DNA of 64,000 nt from Chiloscyllium plagiosum (GCF_004010195.1 NC_057757.1:8276759-8340758); one strand, 5' to 3'. Shown: positions 24,576 through 38,754, numbered from the stretch's first letter. Program-made: numbers and translations. Notes: a model not told the origin generated them from the letters alone.

Positions 24576-24779
24576 GCGGAATAAATATTGTCAGTTGTCT
24601 TCATCTCTTTGATCTCGAACTTCTCTTTTCCGGAGGTTAGTGACCACTACTGGTCGCGAGTGGAAACTACAGCCGACCAGCAGAAATTCTCAGAGTCTAT
24701 CAGGGTTAATGGTGCGAAGGGGTTGGTCATGGAGTCAAAGAGATGGACTGTCAGGGAAAATGATGTGGAGGTGCAGGTA

Positions 24780-24960
24780 TTGGACTGAGGTGGACAAAGT
24801 TTAAAATCGCCCAACAACTACCTTATAATCTAACATGTCCATTTGGAAGTACTAGATTTAATTTCTATGTCCTGCGATCGTGTCGCATTACCTATCTGAT
24901 GAAGGAGCAGTGGTCTGAAAGCTTGTACTTCCAAATAAACCTGTTGGACTACAACCTGTG
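24780..24960 (+). mobile_element. Short Penelope-type terminal fragment
   Basis: tgatgaaggagcagtggtctgaaagcttgtacttccaaataaacctgttggact; a similar piece lies at about 20390-20460. Confidence 0.55.
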
Positions 24961-25977
24961 ATTTTTTTTTAATAGGGTTGATAAAGCTACTCTTGAGCAA
25001 ACAAATTCTGCGAGTACACTGAGCGCTCACTTTGGAAAACATTAAGATAGAAATTAAAATAACTGTTTGGACATAATGAAGAATATTGTCTGGATATTTG
25101 TGAGCTTGTTCAGTTACATCTCAATCAAAATTGAGCATATATTTGCAAAACGTAAGAGGATTAGTCTGAAAGGGTTGAAATATAGAAAGTGTTTATTTCA
25201 TGATTGTTTTGAGGCTCGAGTTTATATTATCCTTGAAGAGATTTGACACGTCCATCCTCCTTCCACATCACAACAAAAGCTAATGGAACGGTTCACTGTT
25301 TCATCTGTAATTATTTCAGGTTCCCAACGGGAGCTGTATGTTACCTTTTCAGGCAACAAAAAACATCCCTGCAATCCAATCAAACTGCAATTTATATATG
25401 AGGTGTGAAGCAGCAGAGGGGAAAGTTTCACTGAGTATTGCCACCTAGTTTCACGGTGCAATTCACAATGATCATCGCCATGAAGACCGAGCAGCAATCT
25501 GATGGATCTATTTTATCACAGAACGAAACACGCATATAATCAACAATGAATCTCATTCATTCACCTTGGGGGTACGTCAAGTGAAAATTGCTTTAAACTA
25601 CAACAGTACAGTAGCTAGAAATTGAACCCTTGTCAATTGCTTAGAAGTTGCTCACCGCTATCCCACCACTACCCTGCCAGGCATAACCTTGCTTTTCCCA
25701 AAATCCCTTAATGTTCATGACCATTAAATGGGGCTGAAATAAAAACAGAAAACGGTTAAGTTCTGAAGAATCATCATTGGACACGGAAACATTCCTCTGC
25801 TTTCTCTCCACATATGCTTTCTGACTTGCAGAGTTTCAACAACAGTTACTGTGCTGTCTTTCAGATCTCCAGTATGTGCAGTTCCTTTGTTTTAAATAGA
25901 CCTGTGGTGGACGCATCGAAGGGGATATTGGATCAGGTGACAGTCCACCTCATGTACAGAGGCAGATATGAAGAGCA

Positions 25978-26262
25978 TAGAATCGGCGAATGCCTACAAT
26001 GTTGAAATAGGCCATTCGGCCCATCAAATCTATTCTGATTCTGTGATGAGCATCCTTCCGAGACACTCACCCCTACCCAATCACTAGAAACTTGCATTTG
26101 CCACTGCTAATCTATCTAACCAACACATCTCTGGGCACAATTGGCAATTTAGCGTGGCCAATCCACCTAACATAAACATCTTTGGACTGTGGGAGCACTC
26201 AGAGGAAATCCACTAGGACGAGGAGAATGTGCAAACTCAACACAGACACTCTGAAATCAGGC
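25978..26262 (-). mobile_element. Degenerate HE1-like SINE
   Basis: ggcaatttagcgtggccaatccacctaac...tttggactgtgggag...gagaatgtgcaaactc. Confidence 0.75.
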
Positions 26263-27079
26263 AGGGATCTGGGTAACTGCAGATGTTTAGAGACGGATTC
26301 CACATGTTTAGACCAGAGTGTGAATGATGGGGCTAACTGCCTAATTCCAGTGCTGTAAAAACTCGACAACACTATGATTCACTGCGTGCAACATTCATTG
26401 CAGTTTGTATTTTGTCTTCATTCGTCACATTATTGATCTTATTCTGAAAGAAATGCATGGAGAGCATTCGTGCATTCAGTCAGATCTGTGTATTGATGCG
26501 TTGAGGAGCATCACACACAGGAATGATACCTGAGGGCGTATTCCCGGACCCTTACAGATTCAACTGCAACTTGCCATTTCCTCATTAATTTAATTTGGTT
26601 CAAGATGTAATATGTCTAATATCACAATACATTGACACCCTTCTTAGCATGTTATGAATTTGGATGGAGCGGTCCCTAATTTCTCAGAATACCAAGAAGT
26701 CACACTGGAGACCATACCCTCTCACAGAAAGAGGACCAGGTAGAGGACATTCCCTCTGGAATTAACGGAGGCTGGGCTGACAAAACTGACAAGGTCAGCA
26801 GCATCTAAAGAGAGAAGGGAAGGTGTGCTGGAGTGTGGGGGGGGGGAGATTAGCCCGTGTGTTCTGGGGTTGGAGGATTCCAATAGAACAGAATGAAGTT
26901 AGGAAACTAATTTCTGAGCAATTGGAATGGGGTAGTGCTGAACAAAGAATGAGATGGTTTATAATAGGGTGGCAGCTCCAGATGTTTAATAACAAACGGT
27001 TTCGTGGAACCAAATTAACAGGGGTTGGAAATTGGCTCAGTAAAATTCTAAATTCAGGAAATTTGAGCAAGAGTAGACT

Positions 27080-27870
27080 GCACGGTTTGTTTAAACTGTT
27101 CTGTCTGTTCTGGCAGTCAATCCAAACAGAGCTGATTTTAGATTTCAAATTCAGTTTCCTGTCCACTCTCTATATCCCATGATTCCCTGAGACACCAGCC
27201 AACTGTCTATTCTAGTCTGAACTGTATTCAGTCATGAAGTATTCACAGTCCTCAGGGATAAACAATATTAAAAATTCAGAAGCTTTAGAGTGAAGTGCTG
27301 TCTCCTGATCTTCATAAATAATCTGCCTCTTATTCTGAAACAGTGTCCTCATTGTTTCAGATGCCCAGGCTTCGGGGAATAATTTCTGAGCATGTACCTT
27401 TTCAAGCCCCTGCCTCTTCAGAATTTGATACATTTCAATGAAATTGCCTTTCAACTTTCTCAAATATAGACCCAATTTATTTCAATACTCAGCATTGGAG
27501 CATCCCAGGCACTAAAATAGTGAACGTTATCTTTAATGATTCATTAATTGTTTTGGGCCATCGGTGGCCAAGACACGAACTTTCTCTGGTGAGGAGAGGA
27601 TGAGTTGTCAATGCACTTGTGATACTGCTATGTTTTTCCAAGGTAGGGTCGAAAGTGGCTTGATATGGAATTATCAACTAGTGGTATTCCCTTGTTTCTG
27701 CTGTGCTGTCCTGGTGATCATGCCATAGGTCTGGGAGCTGCTCTGTAAAGAACCTTAGTGAATTTCTGCAGTACATCTTCGCTATGGTATGCACTGCTGC
27801 TACTGAGTGTTGGAGGTGGAGATAGGGAATGTATGTAGTTATGATGCTGAGAAAGTTGCACTGCAAGTTC
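27080..27870 (-). mobile_element. Old CR1 fragment followed by a CR1/L2-group fragment
   Basis: LKGNFIEMYQILK; SVAAVHTIAKMYCRNS. Confidence 0.65.
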
Positions 27871-28549
27871 ATTCTACTTAGACTTGGAGAGTAGAACTGT
27901 TCTGTTATACAAGTATGTTAATTGTACTAATATCTATGAGCTTTTAAATGAATTCAGCTCTTCCCTGACAATAGATTGAGGGACATCATGTGACTATTCC
28001 ACATTATTATTGACATTTCATCTCAAAACGCTGTGAAGCAGATGATTGACAAAGATTGTGCTATGGATGGTTAAACTCAGGGCAGTGTCATTAACTGCAC
28101 ACAATCTCTGGATGTGCATTCCTGTGGATGTGTGTTTGTATATTCATATGTGTTTCTGCATCTTTGTCTATCTGTATCTAACTGTGTGAACGGGTATGTA
28201 TGTGTGTGTGTCTCAGCATGCGCATTAGTGTGTGTCTCTATATTGGTGTGTCTTTCTGTGTCTGTATCTCTGCGCAATGGTTTCTCTGTTGCATTGGAGG
28301 TTGTACCGATTAAATGTGGTTAAGCTCCCTTTATCTGTGTTCTGTCTATTCTTCCATTTAAATTGATACCATGTGGTTTGTCACGTAGGTGTGTCCTCTG
28401 CCTGCAATGGGACACAGTTTGCCCTTGAGGGAAGTTCAAATGAATGAAATAAATCTGATGAATCACAGTCTCTGTCTTCGTCTGTGTCTGTCTGTCCTTC
28501 TTGTGTTGAATGGCACCTGCATGAATACTCCAATTATTGATGACCTGAA

Positions 28550-28925
28550 TTAATTCTCCCATTTAATTGTTCCCTGATACACGTCTTCAACGTATGGGTG
28601 GCCTGCTAATTTTTCTTTTTCATTTCCTGATGTGCTGAACCGAATCTGCAATTTACAGATGCTTCAACATTTCTCCTTTTTACTGATTCCCTGTCCTTAT
28701 TCTCCCCATTTCAATTCTCTAATATATTGGCTTTCCACAAATTTCCTAATGTCATGACACTGTATGCCAAATCTCCCATCTACTAATGCCCACTAATTCT
28801 CCCATTTACTGATGCCTTCGCCCAATTCTACCATTTAGCTGTGCCGTACTCTAATTCTGCCATTTGAAAGCCATCTCCCGCTTTCTCATTTAGTCCCACT
28901 GTGCACCAGTTCTTCCATTTAGTAT
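28550..28925 (+). repeat. Degenerate ~30-bp minisatellite (aattctcccattta core)
   Basis: Recurrent aattctcccatttact/ag units. Confidence 0.65.
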
Positions 28926-28930
28926 TTTTT

Positions 28931-29238
28931 TTAGATTAGATTACATTACAGTATGGAAACAGGCCCTTCGGCCCAACAAGTCTACACCGACCCGCCGAAG
29001 CGCAACCCACCCATACCCCTACATTTACCCCTTACCTAACACTACGGGCAATTTAGCATGGCCAATTCACCTAACCTGCACATCTTTGGACCGTGGGAGG
29101 AAACCGGAGCACCCGGAGGAAACCCACGCAGACACGGGGAGAACGTGCAAACTCCACACAGTCAGTCGCCTGAGGCGGGAATTGAACCCGGGTCTCCGGC
29201 ACTGTGAGGAAACAGTGCTAACCACTGTGCCACCGTGC
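28931..29238 (-). mobile_element. Young HE1-like SINE
   Basis: Complete head (A box, GGTTCAATTCC B box), core and (tctaa)n tail; nearly identical to 34926-35226. Confidence 0.93.
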
Positions 29239-29449
29239 ATAAATACTGATCCTTTGACAGTGAGGCACTCCTTCAGTTCTGATCCTGTTCTAGTGCGGCA
29301 ATACCTAAGTACTCACCCCGAAATCATGTGGAACTCCCAAAGTTCTAAACATCTTATAATAAAGCACTGACTCCATAATGACCCTCTTGTAATAATGCAT
29401 TCCCCACAGCTCTGAACATCTGATAGTGCTTTCATATCTCAGATTATGA

Positions 29450-29990
29450 GAGAACTGGTGCAGTGTATTATTAAATGGGAGAATTGGGGCAGGACAATAC
29501 TGAGTGGGAGAATGAGAGGAGGGCATTTCTAAATGGGACAATAGGGCTAGAGCCTCAACGAATAAGAGAATTGGTGTAGGGCAACACTGAGTGGGGAATT
29601 TGTTCAGGACATCAGTAAATGGGGCAACTCTGAATTTGCGAATTGGTGCAGGCTATCAGTAAATGTGAGTGTTGCTGCAGGGTGCTAAAAAGAGCATGTG
29701 TAAATGGCAGACCATGGGTAGGGAATCAGCAACTAGGATAAATGTTGCAAAGAAGCAGGAAAGTGGAGATGCACACAGGGTACCATGAAATGAAAACATT
29801 TGACCAGGGCACCATTATGTGGAGGATGTGTGTCAGGGAACAACTGAATAGAAGAGTTGGAGCAATTCACTACTAAAGAGCGGATTTGTGCAGGATCGGT
29901 TATTTGGGGGAACGTGATGCAGGGAACACCAAAATTTGAGAGTTCTGTCAGCGGACCACTAAATGGGAGAATTGCTGCAGGGAAATGCAT
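29450..29990 (-). repeat. Same ~30-bp minisatellite in inverted orientation (taaatgggagaatt core)
   Basis: Reverse complement of the 28550-28925 unit. Confidence 0.65.
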
Positions 29991-30830
29991 GATTGTTAGA
30001 CAGTCAATATTGAGGCAATGCCTCATTGTAATAGAGTCAGAATTGAGAGACTTCAACATGATTAGAGGGTCAGTACTGAGACATCATAGCTCTATCAATA
30101 CTGAGATATTGAAACAGCATATCCGAAAGGTGGGAGTGCTTTATTGTCAGAGCATTGATCGTGAGGCAGTGCCTCCTAATGCAAAGTATGAATTGAGGGT
30201 GTGCTGCAGTATAAGTGTATCAGTTCTGAGTCACTCTATCAGAAGGTCAGGCGTGAGGGAGTGCCTCATTGTCAAAGCGTCCACTCTGAGGCAGTGCCTT
30301 TTTGTCAGAGGGTCCATTCTGAGGTGATCCTTGTTTACATGGGGATCAGTATTGAGTCTGGGCCACACATTTTGAGGCTCAGTACTGATAATGGAGCACT
30401 GTGAGACAGAGCCAATACTGAGGAAGCCCTCAGAATTGACTCTCCGACAATGCTGCAATACCTCAGTATTGATCCTTTGATCGTGCAGCAGTCGATCATT
30501 TCTGAGCCTATTAGTGGGAGGCACTGACTCAGAACAGATTCTCTGACAATGAGGCGCACTGTTAGAAATGAACCTCTGACAATAAGGCCTTCCCTCAGTG
30601 TTGAGACTCTGATCATGAATCAGTAGCCAATAGCCAGAGTGTCGGCCAGAGGCAGTGCCTAGTATTCAGAGAGTCAGTCCTGAGGGAGGGCCTCGTTGTG
30701 AGAAGGTCAGTCCTGATGGAGTGCTTCACTTAAGGGAGTCGGAGTTGAGTGCGTGCCTCACAATTAGATGGTCAGTGCTCGGTATTGTAGCTCGATCCGA
30801 GGGTCAGTACTGAAGGCTGTCCCATTGCAA
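29990..30830. repeat. Degenerate ~33-bp minisatellite (gagtgcctcattgtcagagggtcagtactgag) with an inverted internal block at about 30420-30610
   Basis: 11-aa periodic ORFs occur on both strands; the orientation switches twice. Confidence 0.75.
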
Positions 30831-31599
30831 CTGAAATCCTAAGAATTAAAACTCAATGTGCTTTAAGGGTAATGTGATGAATTCTGTAAAAATATTGTGG
30901 AAAAATATATTGATACCAATGGTTTTTTTAAAAACTGCTCACAGGCAAATTACATTATTGGTTCCTGTTGAAATGCTACGAGGAGTTAAATAGTGACTTT
31001 GTGCTAGTTTCCATGGAATACAAAATCGCTCTTAAATGTTCGGAATCCAAGGGAAAAATGTGAATGATGAACTGAGAAAGATGTGTTGTGGAAACAAAGC
31101 AGTACTGGTGAAATTAATCTTATTCTATGTTGACAAATCGCCAGGACACATGTTCAGAGCAACGAACAAAGCGAGCATGGTGATACTGGATGGTGTTGGT
31201 GGCCAATATGTAAACTTGGGGACAGTGTCTGCAATTTGAAAGGATGCCAGTGTAGACCCTACTGTTTAATAAGGGACAGAAGGAGAAAGTAGGAAATGGT
31301 GAATTTAAGATACAATATCAATAGTTGGAAATTAATGATCTATTATAAAAGATGTTGGAAACTAGACACTGAGAAAATAACTGGGCATGGTTAATACAAA
31401 TAGATGAATGGGAAATTATTTTTTAACAACCTGCCAGTTTTCTTTGTGTGTGGATTATCCAAACAAAGTAGCAAAGGTGTAATTTCTGCTTGCAGTGCAT
31501 GCAAATTTTCGAAGGTTTTTGATAAATTCCAATGTAGGAGGCAACTAAATAACATTTAAAACACATGAAGTGTGTCGAAATAAATTGACTTCCAGTAGA

Positions 31600-32495
31600 G
31601 TAATAGAGATACACAGGATGAAAACACATCTTTCAGTCCAACTCATCCATGCTGACCAGATGTCCGAGATAAACCTAATCCAATTTGCTAGTACATGGCC
31701 AATATTCCTCTAAACTCTTCCTATTCATATACCCATCCGGATGTCTTTTAAATTCTGTAATTGTACCAGCCTCCAACACTTCCTCTGGCAACTCATTCCA
31801 TACATGCACCACCCTCTGTATGGTAAAGTTGCCCCTCAGGTACATTTTAAGTTATTCCCCTCTAACCTTAAACCTATGCCCTCGAGTTTTGAACTGTCCC
31901 ACACTAGGAATAAGACCATGTCTATTTACCCTATTGATGCCACCCCATGGTTTCATAAATTTCTACAATGTCACCCCTCAGCCTCCAACAGCCCAGGGAA
32001 AATAGCCTATCTAGCCTCTCCCTATAGCTCAAATGCTCCAAACCTGGCAACATCCTTGCGAATCTATTCTGACCACTTTCAAATTTCACAACATCCTTCC
32101 TCTAGCAGAGAGGGCAGAATTGAATGCAGTATTCCAAGTGGCCTAATCAATACCCTGTAGCGTCACAACATTACCTCCCAATTCATATACTTAATGCGCT
32201 GATCAATAAAGAAAAGCATACCAAATGCATTCTTCACTATACTATCTACCTGCGACTCAGCTTCAAGGAGCTATGAACCTGCACTCCAAGGTAACGTTTT
32301 GTTCAGCATCACTTGTCAGGACCTTACCATTAAGGGTATAAGTCCCGCTCTGATTTGCATTTCCAAATGCAGCACCTTGCATTTATCTAAATTGAACTCC
32401 ATCTACCATTGCTCAGCTCATTCGCCCATCTGATCAATATCCCATTGTACTCTGAGGTAATCTTCTTTGCTGCCCACTACACCTCAATTTTGGTG
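31600..32495 (-). mobile_element. CR1 LINE 3' fragment
   Basis: Same family as 6004-8050. Confidence 0.9.
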
Positions 32496-32852
32496 GTTGA
32501 GGACTTATTCATCGGAAAAGCCAGAGATTAACCCTTAAAATGTATGAACAAGAACAAGAGGAGGCCACAATCCTGCTGCACCATTCAATAAGGTCATGGC
32601 TGATCTGATTTTAAACTCAACTCTATATTCCCGCAAGTCCTGATCATCCTTCAACGTTGTCATCATCAGCAGTCCACTTTTGCCTTACAAAACACCTAAA
32701 AATTCTCTAAACACTGTCTTTTGAGGAAGGGAATTCTAAAGGGTCAAAACCTTCTGATAGAAAACATGTCACCTCATCTCTGTTTTAAATGGGCACCATT
32801 TTGTTTTTAATAGATAACTACTTTAAACATTAAACTATGCATCTTTTAGATG

Positions 32853-33352
32853 NNNNNNNNNNNNNNNNNNNNNNNNNNNNNNNNNNNNNNNNNNNNNNNN
32901 NNNNNNNNNNNNNNNNNNNNNNNNNNNNNNNNNNNNNNNNNNNNNNNNNNNNNNNNNNNNNNNNNNNNNNNNNNNNNNNNNNNNNNNNNNNNNNNNNNNN
33001 NNNNNNNNNNNNNNNNNNNNNNNNNNNNNNNNNNNNNNNNNNNNNNNNNNNNNNNNNNNNNNNNNNNNNNNNNNNNNNNNNNNNNNNNNNNNNNNNNNNN
33101 NNNNNNNNNNNNNNNNNNNNNNNNNNNNNNNNNNNNNNNNNNNNNNNNNNNNNNNNNNNNNNNNNNNNNNNNNNNNNNNNNNNNNNNNNNNNNNNNNNNN
33201 NNNNNNNNNNNNNNNNNNNNNNNNNNNNNNNNNNNNNNNNNNNNNNNNNNNNNNNNNNNNNNNNNNNNNNNNNNNNNNNNNNNNNNNNNNNNNNNNNNNN
33301 NNNNNNNNNNNNNNNNNNNNNNNNNNNNNNNNNNNNNNNNNNNNNNNNNNNN
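32853..33352. other. Assembly gap (500 N), abutting the 28-bp minisatellite
   Basis: Run of N. Confidence 1.
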
Positions 33353-36300
33353 GCACGTGCAATGACATACAGAGGGATCTGGGTGTGTAATGATATAAAG
33401 GGGAACCTGGGTGTACAACGATATGCAGAGGGATCTGAGTGTGCAATGATATACTGATGGATCTGGGTGTGCAAAGATTTCCAGAGGGATTTGGGTGTGC
33501 AATCATATACAGAGGGATCAGGGTGTACAATAAGATACAGAGGGATTTGGGTATGCAACCATATACAGAGGGATCTGGGTATGAAATGATATACAGAGGG
33601 ATCTGGGTGTACAATGATATGCAGAGGTATCTGGGGCTACAATGATATACAAAGGGATCTGGGTGTACAATGATATACAGAGGGAGCAGGTTGTGAAATG
33701 ATATACAGAGTGATAGCAATGTACAATGATATACAGAGGGATCTGGGTGCGCAATGATATACAGAGGGATCTGGGTGTAAAATGATATGCAGAGGGATAT
33801 GGGTGAGCAATGATATACAGAGGGATCTGGGTGTACAATGATATATAGAGGGATATGGGTGTACAATGATATGCAGAGGGATATGATTGGGCAATGATAT
33901 ACAGAGGGATCTGGGCGTGCAATGATATGCAGTGGGATCTGTGTGTATAATGATACACAGAGGTATCTGGGTGTATAATGACATACAGATGGATCTGGGT
34001 GCACAATGACATGCAGTCTGATCTGGGTGTACAATGATATGCAGAGTGATCTGGGTGTGCAATGATATACAGACGGATGTGGGTGTACAATGACATACAG
34101 AGGGATCTGCGTGCACAATGATATACAGAGGGATCTGGGTGTAAAATGATATACAGTGGGATGTGGATCTGCAATGATATACAGAGAGATGCGGGTGTAC
34201 AATGATTTGAGAGGGATCTGGGTGTACAATGAATTACAGGGGGATCTGGGTGTAGAACGATTTTCAGAGGGGTCTGGGTGCACAATGATAAACAGAGAGA
34301 TCTGGATGTACAATGATATACAGAGGGATATGGGTGTACAATGATATCCAGAGGGATCTGGGCGTGCAATGATATGCAGAGGGATCTGGGTGTGCTATGA
34401 TATACAGAGGGATCTGGGTGTGCAATGATATGCAGAGGGATCTGGTGTGCAATGATATACATAGGGATCTGGGTTGCAATGATATACACAGGGATCTGGG
34501 TGTACAATGATATACAGAGGGATCTGTGAGCACAATATTATACAATGGGATCTAGGTGTACAATGATATACAGAAGGAACTGGGTGAACAATGATATACA
34601 GAGGGACCTGAGTGTGCAAATATATACAGAGGGATCTGGGTGTGCAATAATATACAGAGGGACCTGAGTGTGCAAATATATACAGAGGGATCTGGGTGTG
34701 CAATGATATACAGAGGGATCTGGCAGTACAATGAAATACAGCGGGATCTGTGTGTGAAATGATATACAGAGGGATCTGGATGTGCAATGATATACAGAGG
34801 GATCTGGCTGTGCAATGATATACGCAGTGATCTGAGTGTAACATCAAATGCCGAGGGATCTTGGTGTACAATTATATACAGAGGGATCCGGGTTACAATG
34901 ATATACAGAGGGATCTGGGTGGACACTTAGATTACATTACAGTGTGGAAACAGGCTCTTCGGCCCAACAAGTCCACACCGACCCGCCACCCACCCATACC
35001 CCAACATTTACCCCTTACCTAACACTACGGGCAATTTAGCATGGCCAATTCATCTGACCTGCAGGTCTTTGGACTGTGGGAGGAAACCGGAGCACCCGGA
35101 GGAAACCCACGCAGACACGGGGAGAATGTGCAAACTCCACACAGTCAGTCGCCTGAGGCGGGGATTGAACACGGGTCTCTCGCGCTGTGAGGCAGCAGTG
35201 CTAACCATTGTGCCACCGTGCCGCCCACAATGATATGCAGAGGGATCTGGGCGTACAATGATATACAGAGGGACCTGGTTGTGCAATGATATACAGAGGG
35301 ACCTGGGTGTACAATGATATACAGAGGGATCTGGGTGTGCAATGATATACATAGCGATCTGTGTGTACAATCAGATGCAGAGGGATATGGATGTACAATG
35401 ATATACAGAGGGATCTGGGTGGGCAATGATATACCGAGAGATCTGGGTGTATAATGATTTGCAGAGGGATCTGGGTGTGCAATGATATACAGAGGGATCT
35501 GGGCGTACAATGATTTGCAGAGGGGTCTGGGTGTGCAATGATATGCAGAGGGATCTGAGTGTACGATGGTATACATATAGATCTGGGTGTGCAATGATAT
35601 GTAGAGAGACCTGGGTGCACAATGATATACAGGTGGACCTGGTCGTGCAATGATATACACAGGGATCTGGGTGCACAATAATATACTGAGGGATCTGGGT
35701 GTACAATGATATACAGAGGGATCTGGGTGTACAATGTTATACAGCGGGATCTGGATGTACAACGAAATACAGAGGGATCTGTGTGCACAATGATATACAG
35801 AGGGATCTGCGTGTACAATGATATGCAGAGGGATCTGGATGGACAGTGATATACAGAAGGAACTGGGTGGACAATGACATACAGAGGGATCTGGGTCTAC
35901 AACGAAATTCAGAGGGATGTGGGTTACAATGATATACAGAGGGATCTGGGTGTACAATGATATGCAGAGGGATCTGGACGTACAATGATATACAGAGGGA
36001 TCTGGACGTACAATGATATACAGAGGGATCTGGTTGTGCAATGATGTACAGAGGGATCTGGGTGTACAATCATATCCAGAGAGATCTTGGTGTACAATGA
36101 TATATAGAGGGATCAGGGTGTACAATGATATGCAGAGGGATCTGGGTGTACAACAAAATACAGAGGGATCTGGGTTACAATGATATACAGAGGGATCTGG
36201 GTGTACAATGATATACAGAGGGATCTGGGTGGACAATGATATGCAGAAAGCTCTGGTTGTGCAATGATGTCCAGAGGAATCTGGGTGTACAATGATTTGC

Positions 36301-36620
36301 AGAGGGATCTGGGTGTGCAATGATATACAGAGGGATCTGGGTGTGCAATGATATACAGAGGGATCTGGGTGTACAACGAAATACAGAGGGATCTGGGTTA
36401 CAATGATATACAGAGGGATATGGGTGTGCAATGATTTGCAGAGGGATCTGGGTGTGCAATGATATACAGAGGGATCTGGGTGTGCAATGATATACAGAGG
36501 GATCTGGGTGTACAACGAAATACAGAGGGATCTGGGTTACAATGATATACAGAGGGATCTGAGTGTACAATGATATACAGAGGTATCTGGGTGGACAATG
36601 ATATACAGAAGGAACTGGGT
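33353..36620. repeat. 28-bp minisatellite (tgtacaatgatatacagagggatctggg), interrupted by a SINE
   Basis: About 100 tandem units; three units give the 28-aa ORF period YTQIPLYIIVHPDPSVYHCTPRSLCISL. Confidence 0.97.
34926..35226 (-). mobile_element. Young HE1-like SINE inserted in the 28-bp minisatellite
   Basis: Full head gggcggcacggtggcacaatggttagcactgctgcctcacagc, B box and tail; it splits one repeat unit. Confidence 0.95.
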
Positions 36621-37424
36621 GAGAAATCAGGGGAAGTCAGGGGTTGGTTGAGAAGGAGGTGCTAGATCGCATTAAAGAATTTACTTGCTTGAGTAAGATT
36701 TACTCATGTATGCCAGGAAGAGTAGGCAAAGAAATTAAGATTATAAGAAATACACAGGTGCAAGTCAACTGACTAGAGAAACATAAGGACGAGTTTTGCC
36801 AGAAATAGTTGATAATATGTGTAGTTCATGGGGAGAAGAACAGTGTTCCATTCCATAAAGTGAGGTTGGAGAGTTCAGTGAAAATTCATGAAGTGGTGGT
36901 AGGAGTTATTCTCAGTTTCAGAAATACAGTTTATCTTTGGTACTGACATAGCTGGGTCACAGGTGACAGTGATGCCTACTGTGGTTGAAGGGCCAGTGGA
37001 ATATCAGGCAACTGGGGTGTTACAGGAAGTATATCCTGGGATTTTTTCTGACTGTGTTGTAGCAAGATCACAAAGCCCCAGGGAAACAGGAGGATGATCA
37101 TTGCACCTAGCTGAGGGAGGGGAAAGTGAGATTGTAGCCCTGCGATTGAGGTTACATTGTCACCCAGCCAGGGGGTGTTTGTGTCCGTGTTTGTTTCTGT
37201 TTCCCAGGGCTGGGATTTCTAAATCAGAACACAACACAATAGGAAGGAGCTGTTTGTAAGGATTGGGTCTTTAAAATTATACCCCTGAATGGAATTGTGT
37301 TAATTAGTAAGAACCTTCTTATGTCGGACATCTGACAATTGGGACACCTTACATCACAGTCTGTGTACTGCACCAGCTGGAAGATTACAGGATGAAATTT
37401 AATTCATGAAATGTTCATCTTATG

Positions 37425-38331
37425 TCAAAATTTAAAAATCTTCATGATGAAATTTACGGAAAATTTAATGCCATTCTTTAACTCATTTCTGAACTTACCC
37501 TGGGCACCTGCATAAATAAATCGGCTTATACAGGAACTCAGCATCTGGAACATATATCCACTTTATTCCAGGTTGAAATTGGATTCAATGCAATTGGAAC
37601 CTGAGAAATAACTCACATTCACAATTCAGACATAGAGAAATGTTAACACATACAACAGCCATCACAGAATGAAACTGCCTGAGATACAGAAGAGCAGGAT
37701 GATGACTTTCTCTGGTTCTTTACCTCCATGTAATTCTGATTTTCTGCCTGATAACCGATATGGAGTCTTTTACAAGTTTAAATGACCTTTAGAATTTGTC
37801 TGACAGTCACAGCATTGAGCAGTAAGATCAAAACGAATGGGAGACAACGGGTTGAAATGTGATTAATCCAATCAAATGCAGCCCATGCAGCTGAGGTATA
37901 AAATATAGACTTAATTTTGCAATACCATAGTGTGTGACCAACTGTATACAAAGTTCATATATGAAACATCAGAATGTATTTTTGACACAGCTCATGCCAC
38001 AAACTGCCCCTGTAACCACAGCTGCTCTTTCTCTGTGCAATATCTTGGCTTCAATTTTCAGTAAAAAAACGACTATAAACCAATCAATAGTGAACACAGC
38101 AGTTGCCCAGACAGAACAATCCCTGCTTTCGCCATTAGGACAAAATTGACATCGCAGACTGAATGACTCACAGGATGCTGAATGGGAAATAAATTCCATC
38201 AATACATTTCAATATTACAGCTGTAATAATGACCATCAGGTCTGTCACCGCCATCGATACGAGGTAGTAGGTGATACATTGGGAGAGACTGCACATTCCT
38301 CTGGATAGGATCACGATCACTGTCAAGTTAG
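37425..38331 (-). pseudogene. GPR139-like GPCR pseudogene B, exon 2
   Basis: Acceptor ttgaag, then (A)NLTVIVILSRGMCSLSQCITYYLVSMAVTDLMVII, with a stop at 38168-38170 and frameshifts. Later blocks: DCSVWATAVFTIDWF and TM7/H8 FQMLSSCISRFIYAGAQGKFRNELKNGIKF...* ending at 37425. Confidence 0.9.
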
Positions 38332-38498
38332 CTTCAATGTGAAAAAGAGACACAATCCAGAGGATGAAGACAGAGAGACAGTGTGAGCAGAAGCAGAAGA
38401 CTTGACTCCCCAAATAACGTTTTACTGAAACCAATTCCCTCATTAATAAACAGTATTTCTTTTGTCTAAAACAATCAACTAGACAAACATAGGATACA

Positions 38499-38754
38499 CC
38501 TCTGGGACACCCGGACCAACCAACCCAACCACTCCATGGCTCAACACTTCGACTCCCCCTCCCACTCCACCAAGGACATGCAGGTCCTTGGACTCCTCCA
38601 TCGCCAGACCATAGCAACACGACGGTTGGCCCAAGACCCTCCTCCCTACCTTTTATCTTAGCCTGCTGGACACACTTTCCTCATTCCTGAAGAAATTCTC
38701 CTGTTCCTTGGATGCTGCCTGACCTGCTGCGCTTTTCCAGCAACACATTTTCAG
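38499..38754 (+). mobile_element. Penelope-type insertion (GIY-YIG C-terminal piece joined to terminal region) with perfect 15-bp TSD
   Basis: caaacataggataca at 38484-38498 and 38755-38769; the insert reads HLWDTRTNQPNHSMAQHFDSPSHSTKDMQVLGLLH. Confidence 0.85.

Noticed and set aside
22874..24612. Periodic ORFs (LVLDSVREGEIIIIP)n and a possible CRISPR-like array
   Set aside because: A head-to-tail 45-bp minisatellite with no unique spacers, in eukaryotic DNA.
33353..36620. Long ORFs (329-492 aa) on the minus strand
   Set aside because: Translations of a 28-bp tandem repeat, partly running through N gaps; no unique coding content.
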